DNA of 59,853 bases, filler included, from 8 parts of 8 records of this genome joined end to end with filler, not necessarily neighbours in it, one strand, 5' to 3'. Positions 9,306 through 20,683 are shown, counted from the first letter of the whole stretch. Notes: generated by a model from the letters alone, not told the origin. Numbers and translations are program-made.

Positions 9306-9664
9306 GCGGAGGAGCTGGCGTCGGCCTCTTTGTTATACGAACCGTTCTCTTTGAGCTCTTCGTAGCTGAGTGTTTTACTGATCACCGTCCTGCTTTCCAC
9401 ATCGATACCATCAACGGCGGGGATCAGGCTGTAACCCGATTCATCCTTGAGGACGCTGAGATGAAGCTCCGGACGGGAGTCTCCTGAAAAGATTAGAGAG
9501 ATCCCCAGGGGATTGGGCGGATTGATGCCGATGAAGATTCTCAGACTTTTCTGGTCCGGACTCAGTTCGTATGGGTAGAGGCTGTCGTAGAGTACGAGCC
9601 TTTCCTCCGACCTCGCTTCTAGTCGGATCTCATCCGCCCCATCTTTTGTCCGGATATCCAGATC
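9299..9664 (-). CDS. Hypothetical protein, C-terminal fragment
   Basis: Open frame from the contig edge to TAG at 9299-9301 (...YPYELSPDQKSLRIFIGINPPNPLG...DASSSAQ*). Confidence 0.55.
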   Translation of the reverse strand, partial: DLDIRTKDGADEIRLEARSEERLVLYDSLYPYELSPDQKSLRIFIGINPPNPLGISLIFSGDSRPELHLSVLKDESGYSLIPAVDGIDVESRTVISKTLSYEELKENGSYNKEADASSSAQ

Positions 9665-9764
9665 NNNNNNNNNNNNNNNNNNNNNNNNNNNNNNNNNNNN
9701 NNNNNNNNTTAATTAATTAANNNNNNNNNNNNNNNNNNNNNNNNNNNNNNNNNNNNNNNNNNNN
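9665..9764. other. Artificial contig linker
   Basis: N44-TTAATTAATTAA-N44, which gives stops in all six frames. Base composition changes abruptly across it. Confidence 0.98.
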
Positions 9765-9848
9765 GGGTGTTTAGCAAAGTGACTGTACAAGAAATTAATT
9801 AAAATCTATATAGTTAAGACGAGAAAAAATATAAGTAATAAAAATAGG

Positions 9849-9881
9849 AAGAATTCTCATTTTTTTGAGGATTCTTTTTTT
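9849..9881 (+). terminator. Intrinsic terminator
   Basis: Stem AAGAATTCTCA/TGAGGATTCTT followed by a T run. Confidence 0.6.
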
Positions 9882-9961
9882 ATGTCAAAGTGATGAAAGC
9901 CTTTAAAAGTATGGGCTAGATGAATTTATAAGGAAATTTTAAGAAAACTTTTGCATAATAT

Positions 9962-10004
9962 TGACCTAAAGGTCATTGACTCTTCGGTCATTGTATGTTA
10001 ATAT
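9962..10004 (+). promoter_or_regulatory. Sigma70 promoter overlapped by tandem palindromic operators (likely TetR sites)
   Basis: TGACCTAAAGGTCA (9962-9975) and TGACTCTTCGGTCA (9977-9990). -35 TTGACT (9976-9981), 17 nt spacer, extended -10 TGnTAATAT (9996-10004). Confidence 0.75.
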
Positions 10005-10052
10005 GTATGTATATAAGATGAAATAGAGATATATTAAAAGAAAGGAGAATGA

Positions 10053-10676
10053 ATGACGCTGAAAACTAAAGACAAAATTTTAGTAAGTGCTAAAAAATTA
10101 ATAGGTGATAAAGGATATAACAATACTAAAGTAATAGATATAACAAAAGATGCAGGAATAGCAAAAGGAAGCTTTTATACATATTTTCAAACAAAAGAGG
10201 ATGTATTCGTAGAGCTTCTAGAGAGTATGTTTGATGAATATAAAAGAACATTTGATGAAATAGAGTATACAGGAAACCTTAAAGATGATGTTGAAAAATT
10301 CATTGAAAATGTTTATAGATCAGCAATGCTCGATAAAGAGGGGATAAAAATTTTATCAAGTATGTTTATGAGTGTTGAACTTTCTGAAAAGATTATTTCT
10401 ATAAGAAATAAATTCATGAAAGGGACAGAAGAACATTTAAAAAGATTATTTGAATCAAATGCTACTGAGATGAATGAAGATGCGATAGGCAGACTTCAAT
10501 ATTTATCTCCGGCAATGGAAAAATTAATAAGAGTATATGTGGTTGGAACATTAATACTTGATTTTGAAAAAATTGACTGTGGCCCGTTTGCCGAGAGAAG
10601 AAATTTATTACCTGAAGATATAGTACTGCATAAGCAATTCTTAGCAGAAACAATATATAGAGCATTAAAAAAATAA
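10053..10676 (+). CDS. TetR/AcrR family regulator
   Basis: N-terminal HTH: KGYNNTKVIDITKDAGIAKGSFYTYFQTKE. Confidence 0.93.
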   Translation: MTLKTKDKILVSAKKLIGDKGYNNTKVIDITKDAGIAKGSFYTYFQTKEDVFVELLESMFDEYKRTFDEIEYTGNLKDDVEKFIENVYRSAMLDKEGIKILSSMFMSVELSEKIISIRNKFMKGTEEHLKRLFESNATEMNEDAIGRLQYLSPAMEKLIRVYVVGTLILDFEKIDCGPFAERRNLLPEDIVLHKQFLAETIYRALKK

Positions 10677-10706
10677 TTAACAATAAATAACTAAGGAGGA
10701 ACTATT

Positions 10707-11963
10707 TTGAAAAAAGCAGCACTATTATTAATCTATTTGACATTAGTAGCTAACTCTTTTGCCGAAAAAATAGTATTAACTCTTGATGAAGCGGTTGAAA
10801 CTGCAAAATCAAAAGAAAAACAAATTAAACAGGCAGAAGTTAATTTAGAAAATTATAAACTTCAAAAAGATGAAGCATTTAAAAGCGGATTACCTCAAGT
10901 ATCATATTCAGGGTATTACGGAGTAGTAGAGGATGTTGATGATCCAAACAACCAATATTATTTACAGGTTACGCAACCTGTTTTTAACGGTTTTAGAATT
11001 AAGACAGCAATTGAGAACTCTGATAAATATATGGATTTAGGAAAACTTGCCCTTGAAAATACTAAAAATCAAGTTGGCTTGGGAGTTATTGAAACATATG
11101 TAAATATTCAAAAGTTAGACAGACAGCTTCAAATACTTCAAAACTCTAAAAAAGTATTAGATGAGAATAATGCAAGAGTTAGCAGATTATATGAACTTGG
11201 AATGTTACCTAAAACAGAAGTTTTAGATATTAAACAATCGTTAATAGAAGTTGAGACAAGTGTTATTCAATTAGAAAACTCAATTGAACTTAGCTTGATT
11301 AGCTTAAAAAATTCACTAGGAATTAATATCAATGAAGAGATAGAACTTGGAGATATCGATAACTTACATGTTGATGTAGCAGTTATTGATGTTGAAAGTG
11401 ATATTTATAATGCTAAATCAAATAATATAGCTATGCAGATGCAACAAATTACAACTGATCTAACTAGAGCAAGTGAGGTTGTCAGTAGAGCTGACCTTAT
11501 GCCAAGTGTAAACTTATCTGCTCAATACGGGAACTTATCGACTGTAAACGGAGAGATAACTGATGCATTTAAAGATGAAAATATGGCTTGGACAGTTGGA
11601 GTAAGTATTTCAGGAACACTTTTTTCATGGGGGCAAAAAGTAGATGTTTATGACAGAGCAAAAAATAATACTTTAAATGCCGAGTATAATGAAAAAATCG
11701 CAGAAGAAAACGTAGAACTTGGAATTAAATCAGCTTATTTAGAGCTTTTAAGATTAGAAAAATTAAAAGAAGCTAGATCTAAGGCACTTGAAAGTTCAAA
11801 AGAAAACTTTAAACTTCAATCAAAATCATATGAAAATCAGTTAATTACATCAACGGATTTTCTTAATGCAGAAAATGAATTAAGACAAGCTGAAATCAGC
11901 TTAATGGAAACAGAATTAGATCTGTTTTATGCATATCAAAATTATATGACATTAATAAAATAA
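10707..11963 (+). CDS. TolC family outer-membrane efflux protein
   Basis: Signal peptide, LTLDEAV, two OEP repeats (LPQVSY / MPSVNL), TTG start with RBS AAGGAG. Confidence 0.88.
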   Translation: MKKAALLLIYLTLVANSFAEKIVLTLDEAVETAKSKEKQIKQAEVNLENYKLQKDEAFKSGLPQVSYSGYYGVVEDVDDPNNQYYLQVTQPVFNGFRIKTAIENSDKYMDLGKLALENTKNQVGLGVIETYVNIQKLDRQLQILQNSKKVLDENNARVSRLYELGMLPKTEVLDIKQSLIEVETSVIQLENSIELSLISLKNSLGININEEIELGDIDNLHVDVAVIDVESDIYNAKSNNIAMQMQQITTDLTRASEVVSRADLMPSVNLSAQYGNLSTVNGEITDAFKDENMAWTVGVSISGTLFSWGQKVDVYDRAKNNTLNAEYNEKIAEENVELGIKSAYLELLRLEKLKEARSKALESSKENFKLQSKSYENQLITSTDFLNAENELRQAEISLMETELDLFYAYQNYMTLIK

Positions 11964-12027
11964 TAATAGAATTGACTTCAATTCTAATTTGAAAAAATTA
12001 AATATTAATATTTCAGGAGGGTTCAAA

Positions 12028-13518
12028 TTGAAAAGACATTATAATAAACTGTTGCTTTTACTTGTAGCCATATCAGTTGTATCATGTAGACCAAGTCAAG
12101 ATGTAGAAAAAGCAAGAGCAAAGGCAAAAACGAAATTTGAAAAAGCAAGAGCAAATTATGAAAAAGCAAAATTCGAATATGAAAAAATCGGAGTAGAAGA
12201 AAAAGAGGAAAAAAGAAAAGCTGTTAAAACTCAGGAGTTAAAATTAGAAGAGATTAGCAGAAAAATAAGAACAAACTCTACTTTTGTACCTAAGAGTGAA
12301 ATTGCTTATACTGCACCGGCAGGAGAAGTTGTTAAAATAAATTATAAAAACGGAGATATGGTTAAAAAAGGAAATTTAGTTCTTGAAATTGATAGTGAAA
12401 ATGTAATTGGTAACTATAAAACTGCTGAAGCAAACTATATGTCTGCAAAAGCGACTTATGAAGAAACTAAAAAATTCCAAGAATTGACTGTTAAAAATAA
12501 TTTAGTAAGTGCTGAAACAAATATGACTTCTGCAAAAGAAACATATGAAAAAGCATTTAGAGGAGCAAAAGCTGAAGAGATATCTATTCAGGAATCATCA
12601 TTAAAATCAGCAGAAGAAGCTTTAAAACAAGCAAAATTCTCTTATGAAAGAAATAAAAAATTATATGATGAAGAGTTAATCTCTGAATCTTCATATGTAT
12701 CAGTTGAAACTGGATACCAACAAGCATTAGCAGCTTATGAAACAGCTAAAAGCAGCTTAGAGCTAACACTTGAAGGAACTGACGAAGAGGATTTAAGATC
12801 ATTAAAAGCAAGTTATGACAGAGCAGTATCATCGTATGAATTAGCTAAAAAAAATGTTGATGAAAAAGCATGGAAATATACAATTGCAAGATCAGAAGCG
12901 CAATATAAATCAGCCTTAGCAAACTATGAAATTGCAAAAGAGAGCTATGATGATTTAACAGTTGAAGCAAAACTTGCCGGAGTAGTTTCAGGACTTGTTG
13001 TAAAAAAATATGAGGAAACTGGAAATGAACAAACTTTATTTACAGTAGTAGATCAAACAAAAATGGAATTAACTTCAGGATTAACAGCTAGAGAGTTAGT
13101 AGAGCTTGATAGAAGCGCTGAAATAGAAGTTTATGTTGATGATTTAGAAAAAACATACAACGCAAAAATTGTAGAAGTTGATCCAACTGCAGATCCTTCG
13201 ACTAATAAATTTAATGTAAAAGTAGTACTTGAAAATAATAATAAAGAACTTAAAAAAGGTATGTACGCAAGAGTATTTTTTAGAAGTCAAACTAAAAAGA
13301 CTTTAGTTGTTCCTAAAGAATCAATAGTAATTAAAGATCTATATACTTATGTATTTTTAAATAACGATGGAGTTGCTAAAAGAGTCAGAGTTGACTTAGG
13401 TGTTGGTACTGACAATAGACAAGAAATAATAAGTGATGAAATTAAAGCAGGAGATAAAATAGTTGTTGAAGGGCAATTCTTCCTTCAGGATAATGAGAAA
13501 ATAGAAGAGGTGGAGTAA
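12028..13518 (+). CDS. RND efflux periplasmic adaptor (MFP) with long helical hairpin
   Basis: Lipobox VVSC, lipoyl halves (GEVVKINYKNGDMVKKG / VEAKLAGVV), LKKGMYARV, GDKIVVEG. TTG at 12028 after GGAGG. Confidence 0.88.
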   Translation: MKRHYNKLLLLLVAISVVSCRPSQDVEKARAKAKTKFEKARANYEKAKFEYEKIGVEEKEEKRKAVKTQELKLEEISRKIRTNSTFVPKSEIAYTAPAGEVVKINYKNGDMVKKGNLVLEIDSENVIGNYKTAEANYMSAKATYEETKKFQELTVKNNLVSAETNMTSAKETYEKAFRGAKAEEISIQESSLKSAEEALKQAKFSYERNKKLYDEELISESSYVSVETGYQQALAAYETAKSSLELTLEGTDEEDLRSLKASYDRAVSSYELAKKNVDEKAWKYTIARSEAQYKSALANYEIAKESYDDLTVEAKLAGVVSGLVVKKYEETGNEQTLFTVVDQTKMELTSGLTARELVELDRSAEIEVYVDDLEKTYNAKIVEVDPTADPSTNKFNVKVVLENNNKELKKGMYARVFFRSQTKKTLVVPKESIVIKDLYTYVFLNNDGVAKRVRVDLGVGTDNRQEIISDEIKAGDKIVVEGQFFLQDNEKIEEVE

Positions 13519-16451
13519 TGGGTATTTCAAAATTTGCAATAAAAAGAACAGTTTTAACGATTATGTTAACTGTTTCGATGGTTGCAGTTGGGGTATTGAC
13601 AATAATGGATATGTCTTCTCAGCTTCTTCCAAACTTTAATATACCGGTTATTTTGATCCAAACTCAATGGAGCGGAGCATCACCTGACGATGTTGAAAAA
13701 TTAGTTACATCTGAGATAGAGGATTCATTAACCGGAATCGAAGATATGACAGATATACAAACCTATTCAGCACAGGGTTTTTCTACAGTAGTAGTAAACT
13801 TCGACTATGGAACAAAAGCTGAAGATAAAGTAGATGATATTAGAGCGAAAGTAGATAATGTAAGAAACAGCTTACCAGATGGAGCAGATGATTCAACAAT
13901 TCAAAAAATTGACATAAATGCATCACCGGTAGTTGTATATAATGTTTATGGAGCAGATCTAATAGAATTAAACTCAATTGCAGAGAATACAATTAAACCA
14001 AGACTTGAAAAAGTAAGTGGTGTTTCAAGAGTTGACGTAAGTGGAGGTCTTGAAACAGAAGTAAGAATTGAGCTTAATGAAACAAAAATTAACAGTTACG
14101 GATTGAATCTTCAAAGTGTAAGCACTTTAATTAGTGCAGCAAATGTTAACAGACCTTTAGGAAGTGTTGATGAAGGATTAAAAGAGTTTAACATAAAAAT
14201 GAAAGGGGAGATTGAATCCCTTCAAGAAGTTAAAGATGTAATTATCTATAATAATAACGGTAACTTTATAAGAGTTGGAGATATTGCAGAAGTAAGACTA
14301 GCTACAAAAGATGTTAGTTCATATGCACGTCAAAACTCTCAGGAAGCAGTAAGAATAGAAGTATATAAGATGGACGATGGTAATACAGTAGAGATCGTAG
14401 AAGACGCTAAAGTAATGATGGTTGAAATCGAATCTGGTCTGCCTGATAATATCGAATCAGTAATAGCCTCAGATGATTCAACAGCAATTGGTTCATCAAT
14501 TGGAACAGTAACGAATAGTGCAATGCAGGGATTAGTTCTTGCCGGTATAGTACTTTTAATTTTCCTTAAAAACTTCAGAGCAGCAATTATAGTTGCGATA
14601 TCAATTCCGGTATCAGTAATATTTACATTTGCTCTGTTACCATTAAGAGATATTAACTTAAACTTAATCTCTTTAATGGGACTAGCACTAGGTATAGGAA
14701 TGCTGGTTGATAATGCAGTAGTAGTTATGGATAACATATTCAGACATATAACTGAGCTGAAAGAGGATAAAGTTACAGCAGCGGCTAATGGAGCTTCTGA
14801 GATGAGTTTCTCAATTATAGCTTCAACATTAACAACAGTTGCGGTATTTATTCCGATTATCTTAAAACAGGGGATGGCGAGAGAAGTATTCCATGATATG
14901 TCATTTTCAATAGCTTTCTCATTATCAGCTTCACTGTTCATAGCATTAACTTTTGTACCTATGGCAGCTGCAAAATTACTTGATCCTTCAAAAGTAACTT
15001 TAAAAGAGGGAAAACTATTAACTTTAATTAAAAAATACTATTTAGTGGTTCTTGATTGGTCGCTAAAACATAGAATAAAAACTTATTTGTTAACTATAAT
15101 TATTTTCTTCGCTGTAGTAATAGGTGGAGGAAGTAAGGTTAAATTTGCCTTCTTCCCTGAAATGGATGAAGGGAAATATAAGATAGTTGGAACTATGCCT
15201 AAGGGATTAGAGATATCAAAAGCAGATGGTATAGCAAGAATAGTTGAAGAGATTGTAGCAGAAGATGAATTTACGGTAGACTACTCTGCGCTTATCACAG
15301 CAGATCAGGTTACATTAAATGTACAGGCTCAAAAGAAAGATACAGGAAGTATTGTCGAAGCAATAATGAAACCTATTAAAAAAATATTAGGAAAAGCTCA
15401 AGAAGAGGAAGAACAAAAAAGAAAAGAGAGTATAAATGAAATAATGGCTCAGGTTAGAGCAAAACTTCAGGGAATTCCTGATGTTAACTTCGTAGTTGAA
15501 TTAGACGGAGGAGGAGGTCCTGAAGGTGGGGGAGCAAGTGGAGATGTACAGTTAAACTTACAATCAGATAACTCATTTGCACTTCAGCTATACTCGACAC
15601 AAGTCTTAGAAGGATTTAGACAACTTGATGGATTTGTTGATCAAAGCTCATCATTTGAAGGTGGAAATCCTGAAATTAAATTAGATTTCGATAGAGATAA
15701 AGCTGATTATTATGGATTAAACGTATCTACAATAGCTAGTTATATTTCTACTCAGGTTAAAGGTAGTGAAATATTTGCTATCAAAGCCGGAAACGAAGAA
15801 GTAGATGTAACAATAAGATATGCAGAATCAAGTAGAGCGTCATTAGAGGATATCTCTGAACTTGAATTTGCAGGAAATATAGGAACAGTTAAACTAAGAG
15901 ATTTAGCAGAAATAACAATAGTAGAAGGAAAAACTCAAATTGATAAGAAGAATAGAAAGCAGATAATTACAATATCAGCTAATCTGGAAGGAATGGCTCT
16001 AAGTGAAGGGGTTGCAAAAGCAACAGCTTTAGTTGAAACTATAGGAGTTCCTGCAGGAATTGAATACTCATTTGGTGGAGATCAGGAACAGATGGGAGAT
16101 GTATTTGGAGATCTGTTATTTGGACTTGCAATATCTATATATGTAATTTACTTCATACTTGCAGCGCAGTTTGAATCATTTACAATGCCTGCGATAATAT
16201 TAGGAACATTACCATTATCAATAATCGGTGTAATATTAGGTTTAGTTATTACTAATACGAATTTAGATATTATGGTAATGGTTGGTATAGTAATGCTTGC
16301 CGGAATAGTTGTAAACAATGCAATCGTACTAGTTGATTACATAAACTTACTTAGAGCAAAAGAGATACCATTAAATGAAGCGATAAGAGAAGCTGGTAGA
16401 ACAAGACTTAGACCGGTACTTATGACTACAATGACAACTGTACTAGGAATG
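13518..16451 (+). CDS. AcrB-type RND efflux permease (3'-truncated at contig end)
   Basis: GMLVDNAVVVMDNI, GIVVNNAIVLVDY, RLRPVLMTT. Confidence 0.93.
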
Positions 16452-16551
16452 NNNNNNNNNNNNNNNNNNNNNNNNNNNNNNNNNNNNNNNNNNNNTTAAT
16501 TAATTAANNNNNNNNNNNNNNNNNNNNNNNNNNNNNNNNNNNNNNNNNNNN
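16452..16551. other. Artificial contig linker
   Basis: N44-TTAATTAATTAA-N44. Confidence 0.98.
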
Positions 16552-16787
16552 TTGAAAACGAAAAAGTTCAGGTGGTAAATATTAATAATGGCGAACGTTT
16601 GGAGACCTACGTTATTAAAGGCGAACGCGGCTCTGGCACAATTTGCCTTAACGGACCGGCTGCACGTAAAGTAGCAGTAGGCGATGTGGTGATTATTATT
16701 TCATACGCACAAATGGATTTCGAAGAAGCCAAGTCGTTTAAACCCAGTATTATTTTTCCGGATATAGAGACCAATCAGGTTGTTTAA
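16552..16787 (+). CDS. panD: Aspartate 1-decarboxylase, C-terminal fragment
   Basis: [20 protein letters not shown]...[11 protein letters not shown]...GDVVIIISY. Confidence 0.92.
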
Positions 16788-16814
16788 AAATCAAAATACT
16801 GTCGTTCTTTTTTA

Positions 16815-17393
16815 TCAGAATTTCCACAAAGCATATTTCAATTTTAACATTATTTCCTGATGTTTTACTTCTGTTCCAAAATAGGAAGAAGATGATGTCT
16901 TTATCAGTTTTTCGATGGATTGAAACCCGCGACAATAATGTAAGGAAGCATCTAATTTCTTAAACTTCCAGCCAATTCCTGCCTGCCATTTAAATTCAGG
17001 GGTTTTCTGTTCATGCCAGTAGCCACCAAACTGTTGAGCTATTATTATTCCACCGTTCACAAAAATCTTCTCTCCAATTTGCTGAGTTAATGAAACTGGG
17101 AAATTAATTGAATGCCATAATACGTTTAATTCATCTCCGAAAAAATCAGTTAAATCAGGTGAAAGATATTGAGCTTCCATACCAAATGAAACACCTGTTT
17201 TTTCAAAAACAAAATAACTTAGTTCAATTCCTACTCCCGGAGAAAATGCACTTTCGGGGCTGTATGGATTTTCACGAGTGCTTTTGTTGATATAATAACC
17301 TGCCTTTGTTATTGCACTTACTTCAAATCTTTCCTGAGAATGACAGATTCCTGCAATAAATATTGTTGCGATTAATAATACAGATTTTTTCAT
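16815..17393 (-). CDS. Putative outer-membrane beta-barrel protein
   Basis: Signal peptide MKKSVLLIATIFIAG, alternating beta strands, C-terminal Phe. Confidence 0.65.
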   Translation of the reverse strand: MKKSVLLIATIFIAGICHSQERFEVSAITKAGYYINKSTRENPYSPESAFSPGVGIELSYFVFEKTGVSFGMEAQYLSPDLTDFFGDELNVLWHSINFPVSLTQQIGEKIFVNGGIIIAQQFGGYWHEQKTPEFKWQAGIGWKFKKLDASLHYCRGFQSIEKLIKTSSSSYFGTEVKHQEIMLKLKYALWKF

Positions 17394-17421
17394 TTTTACT
17401 ATTTTCTTTAATGATTGTTGT

Positions 17422-19743
17422 TTAAAAATTATATTTAAATCCAATAGATGGGATAATGGGAAAAAGAGAAACCTGCTTTATTTTTTCTCTGCTCTTATAA
17501 TAGTACCACGGGTTCATCCGGTTGTAAATATTATAAACCGAAAATGACCAGCTGATTTTCCTGCTGTCGGTTTTTTGATTTACAATGTTGTATCCAATAT
17601 CGAGGTGGTGAAAAGCAGGCATTTTATAGTTATTCGGATTGTTGTATGTTTGCCGGATGACTTCCCATTGATTATAGTGATCGGCAAATTCCCTTCCCGG
17701 AGTCAATAATCCCTCATATTCCAAATCAGAAATACTCAAGTTATTTCCCGATTGCAATGTAAACCCGATAGAAACCGAACGTTGCTTTTTATATGATTCT
17801 CTCAGCTTGTATTCAGCAAGAAAAGAAACATCGTGCCTGCGGTCGTATTTAAAAGGAAACCAATTCCCCCGGTTTAATTCTTTGAATTTTCTTTCTGACC
17901 AGGAAAGTGTATACGAAACCATTCCTGTCAGATTTCCGGTGTTTTTCCGGGTTAAAAACTCAATTCCATATGCACGTCCTTCACCTACCAAAACATTTTT
18001 ATCCCAATCCAATTCTTTAGGATTGAGAAAGGCAATACCCTCATCAAACCGAACCACATTTTCCATCCATTTGTAATACCCTTCAATATTAAAGGTGATA
18101 TTGTCGATATTTTTACTGCCAAAACCAATGGTAAACTGGCGCGCTGTCTGGGGGCCGATATTTTTTGTTGATGCCACCCACAAATCGGTAGGCATACCAA
18201 AAGAGGAATTTGTCAGTAAATGAATATTCTGAACCATTTGTGTAAAGGAGGATGTTAAGGCCCAGTTGGAGAATAGATTGTAGTTTGCAGAAAATCGTGG
18301 TTGAAGATGCAAATACTTTTTCCCCTCAGTGAAATAAGCTGAAAAACGAATGCCTGCATTGAGTTTTAATTTGGTCAAATCAACAACATTTTCAATATAA
18401 AAATCATGAAGCAAAGCGCGGGTTTTATGTGTATCGTTAAATGAAATATCCGACTCTGAACTTTTTAGCTGAATGATATTGGGATTAAAAATAAAGTGTG
18501 ATAGTTTTGAGCCAAAACGTATGGTATAATAGGGATTGGCATAAAAATCAAAATCAGATTTTAAGGAAACATCGTGTAGTTCAGATGTTGTTTTAAATAA
18601 TGTTTGTGTATTTTCACCTTTTGCTTTCCCCAGTTCGTTATGTTGGAAGTGGCTGTAATAAACTGAAAAGTTAGAAAACATTTTTGCTGAAAACACTTTA
18701 TTCCAGCGCAACACGCCGGTAATATTTCCCCAATTATACCTGTATTTTGAAGTTGAGGTTTTGTCCTCTTTAGTATTTGAGAACAAATTATCCTTTCCGG
18801 AATAAAAGCTTAAATACAAGCGGTTGTCCGAATTAAAAATCCAGTTTGCTTTTGCATTAAAATCGTAAAAATAATAACCGTAAAGCCCGTTTTCGGAATT
18901 TAATTTCTGAAGTGCTGCCATTGGTAAATCAAGGAAAGTCCGTCGAGCTGAAACAATGAATCCGCCTTTTTCTTTTTTGATTGGGGCTTCATAAGTAAAA
19001 CGTCCTGAAACCGGGCTAATCGACAATATTCCCCGGCTGTTTTTCAGGTTCCCTTCTTTCATTGCAATGTCGAGAACTGAGGAAAGTCTTCCCCCGTATC
19101 TTGCAGGTACACCACCTTTTATAAGCGTGACATCTTTAATTGCATCGGTGTTAAATACAGAAAAAAATCCCAGCAGATGATTGACATTGTAAACCGGCAC
19201 ACCGTCGAGCAGAATCAGGTTTTGGTCAGAACTTCCTCCGCGAACGTTAAAACCGGCTGTATTTTCGGCTCCCTGTTTGATGCCGGGCAGAAAATGCAAT
19301 GTTTTTAACACATCCTGCTCACCTAAAATTACAGGTGCCGATTCAATCATTTGCATTGTAATTCGTGGCTGACTGAGCAGTGACAATTCGGGATTGTTCC
19401 TTTTCATCTCACTGGCAACAACTTCTATTTCAGCCAAATCAATTCCTCTTTGCAAACTAATATTCAGAGACGTATCTTGTTTTAACACAAAAACAACGAT
19501 TGCTTTTTTGTAACCTACAAACCGGAACTCAAACTCACAGGATTCTTCTGTATTTACTGTTAAACTAAAAAAACCATAACTGTTGCTTACGGTGCCCTGC
19601 CCGGTAGTTTTGTTCAATACAGTTGCGCCAATAAGCCGTTCTCCCGAGTTATCGTCGCTTACATATCCTGAAACTGTTTGTTTGTTTTGTGCTTGTAGTA
19701 TTTGAGATGTCAATACGATAAATCCAATCAATAAAATTCTCAT
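17422..19743 (-). CDS. TonB-dependent receptor with N-terminal carboxypeptidase-regulatory-like domain
   Basis: SGYVSD..SGERLIGATV...SNSYGFFSL; plug FNVRGGSSDQNLILLDGVPVYN; YGGRLSSV; C-terminal KYNF. Confidence 0.92.
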   Translation of the reverse strand: MRILLIGFIVLTSQILQAQNKQTVSGYVSDDNSGERLIGATVLNKTTGQGTVSNSYGFFSLTVNTEESCEFEFRFVGYKKAIVVFVLKQDTSLNISLQRGIDLAEIEVVASEMKRNNPELSLLSQPRITMQMIESAPVILGEQDVLKTLHFLPGIKQGAENTAGFNVRGGSSDQNLILLDGVPVYNVNHLLGFFSVFNTDAIKDVTLIKGGVPARYGGRLSSVLDIAMKEGNLKNSRGILSISPVSGRFTYEAPIKKEKGGFIVSARRTFLDLPMAALQKLNSENGLYGYYFYDFNAKANWIFNSDNRLYLSFYSGKDNLFSNTKEDKTSTSKYRYNWGNITGVLRWNKVFSAKMFSNFSVYYSHFQHNELGKAKGENTQTLFKTTSELHDVSLKSDFDFYANPYYTIRFGSKLSHFIFNPNIIQLKSSESDISFNDTHKTRALLHDFYIENVVDLTKLKLNAGIRFSAYFTEGKKYLHLQPRFSANYNLFSNWALTSSFTQMVQNIHLLTNSSFGMPTDLWVASTKNIGPQTARQFTIGFGSKNIDNITFNIEGYYKWMENVVRFDEGIAFLNPKELDWDKNVLVGEGRAYGIEFLTRKNTGNLTGMVSYTLSWSERKFKELNRGNWFPFKYDRRHDVSFLAEYKLRESYKKQRSVSIGFTLQSGNNLSISDLEYEGLLTPGREFADHYNQWEVIRQTYNNPNNYKMPAFHHLDIGYNIVNQKTDSRKISWSFSVYNIYNRMNPWYYYKSREKIKQVSLFPIIPSIGFKYNF

Positions 19744-19752
19744 ATGCAGAGG

Positions 19753-20631
19753 TTATAATTTGATGTTTGTTTCTGAACAAGAGCCAAAGATTCCGTAACC
19801 CTCATTTATGTTGGAATACATTTGAACAGGCTCAAAAAAAGGCAAGTCAGAAACTTCTCTAAAACGAGTTAAAATTGTTGTTTTCAGGTATTTGCTGTAA
19901 TGCTCGTCGGCATTTAAAAAACTTACTTTTTCAGTACAATTGGATGGAGTATTCTCTACAAAATCGAGAAGAATAAAATCCATGGTTTCGCCGTCGCAGC
20001 CTTCATCGGTTAAATGAATACCTAAAAAGAGAGTAAAACCATATTTAGCTTCAGTATCAATTGCTTTGTTAAAATCATCGACATAAGGTGAATTTATTAC
20101 TTTACGTGATCCACCGTATTTGATGTCGTTCACAACCCAGTTTTCATAGATCCAGTAATTGTCTTTCCCGGGTTTGTCATTTAACCGGATATGTAAATCA
20201 AATACCCCCCGGGTGCTATCGTAGCTAGTAAAACCCTTCATCTCTTTTGAATAGTCAATCTCGGGAGCAAATGGAACAGTTGTAGTTCCCGAAACAAGAG
20301 GATAATTGTCAGCTTCAGCTACAATTTTATAGGTTTTCCCTTTTTCGGGTTTTTTATCAAGAATATATTTCCCGTTTCCTAAGGGTTTCAGGACCCCCAC
20401 TTGTTTATTTTCCTCGTATAAAACAAGCTGTGCATTGTTTACCGTTTCAAAGTCACCATTTTTATCTAGGCTGCGCGACAATGTTAGTTTTGCATTTACC
20501 GTTGAATCAGGGTTTAAAATGCAGTTTAGGCATAAGCGGGGTTCATGTTTAAAATCGAGAATTACTTCTTTTTCACATGAAACAATTAAAATGCATACAC
20601 TTACAAAAAAAAGAAAAATGTGATTTTTCAT
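19753..20631 (-). CDS. Lipoprotein, DUF4249-like
   Basis: Lipobox IVSCEK and C-terminal EPVQMYSNINEGYGIFG. Typical partner of this TonB receptor type. Confidence 0.75.
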   Translation of the reverse strand: MKNHIFLFFVSVCILIVSCEKEVILDFKHEPRLCLNCILNPDSTVNAKLTLSRSLDKNGDFETVNNAQLVLYEENKQVGVLKPLGNGKYILDKKPEKGKTYKIVAEADNYPLVSGTTTVPFAPEIDYSKEMKGFTSYDSTRGVFDLHIRLNDKPGKDNYWIYENWVVNDIKYGGSRKVINSPYVDDFNKAIDTEAKYGFTLFLGIHLTDEGCDGETMDFILLDFVENTPSNCTEKVSFLNADEHYSKYLKTTILTRFREVSDLPFFEPVQMYSNINEGYGIFGSCSETNIKL

Positions 20632-20636
20632 ATTCT

Positions 20637-20669
20637 TAATAAAATAAGCAGGAGATTGTCTCCTGCTTA
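20637..20669 (-). terminator. Intrinsic terminator or stabilising hairpin after the lipoprotein gene
   Basis: Perfect 11-bp stem TAAGCAGGAGA/TCTCCTGCTTA, followed by TTTTATT on the minus strand. Confidence 0.7.
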
Positions 20670-20683
20670 ACGTTAAATATATT

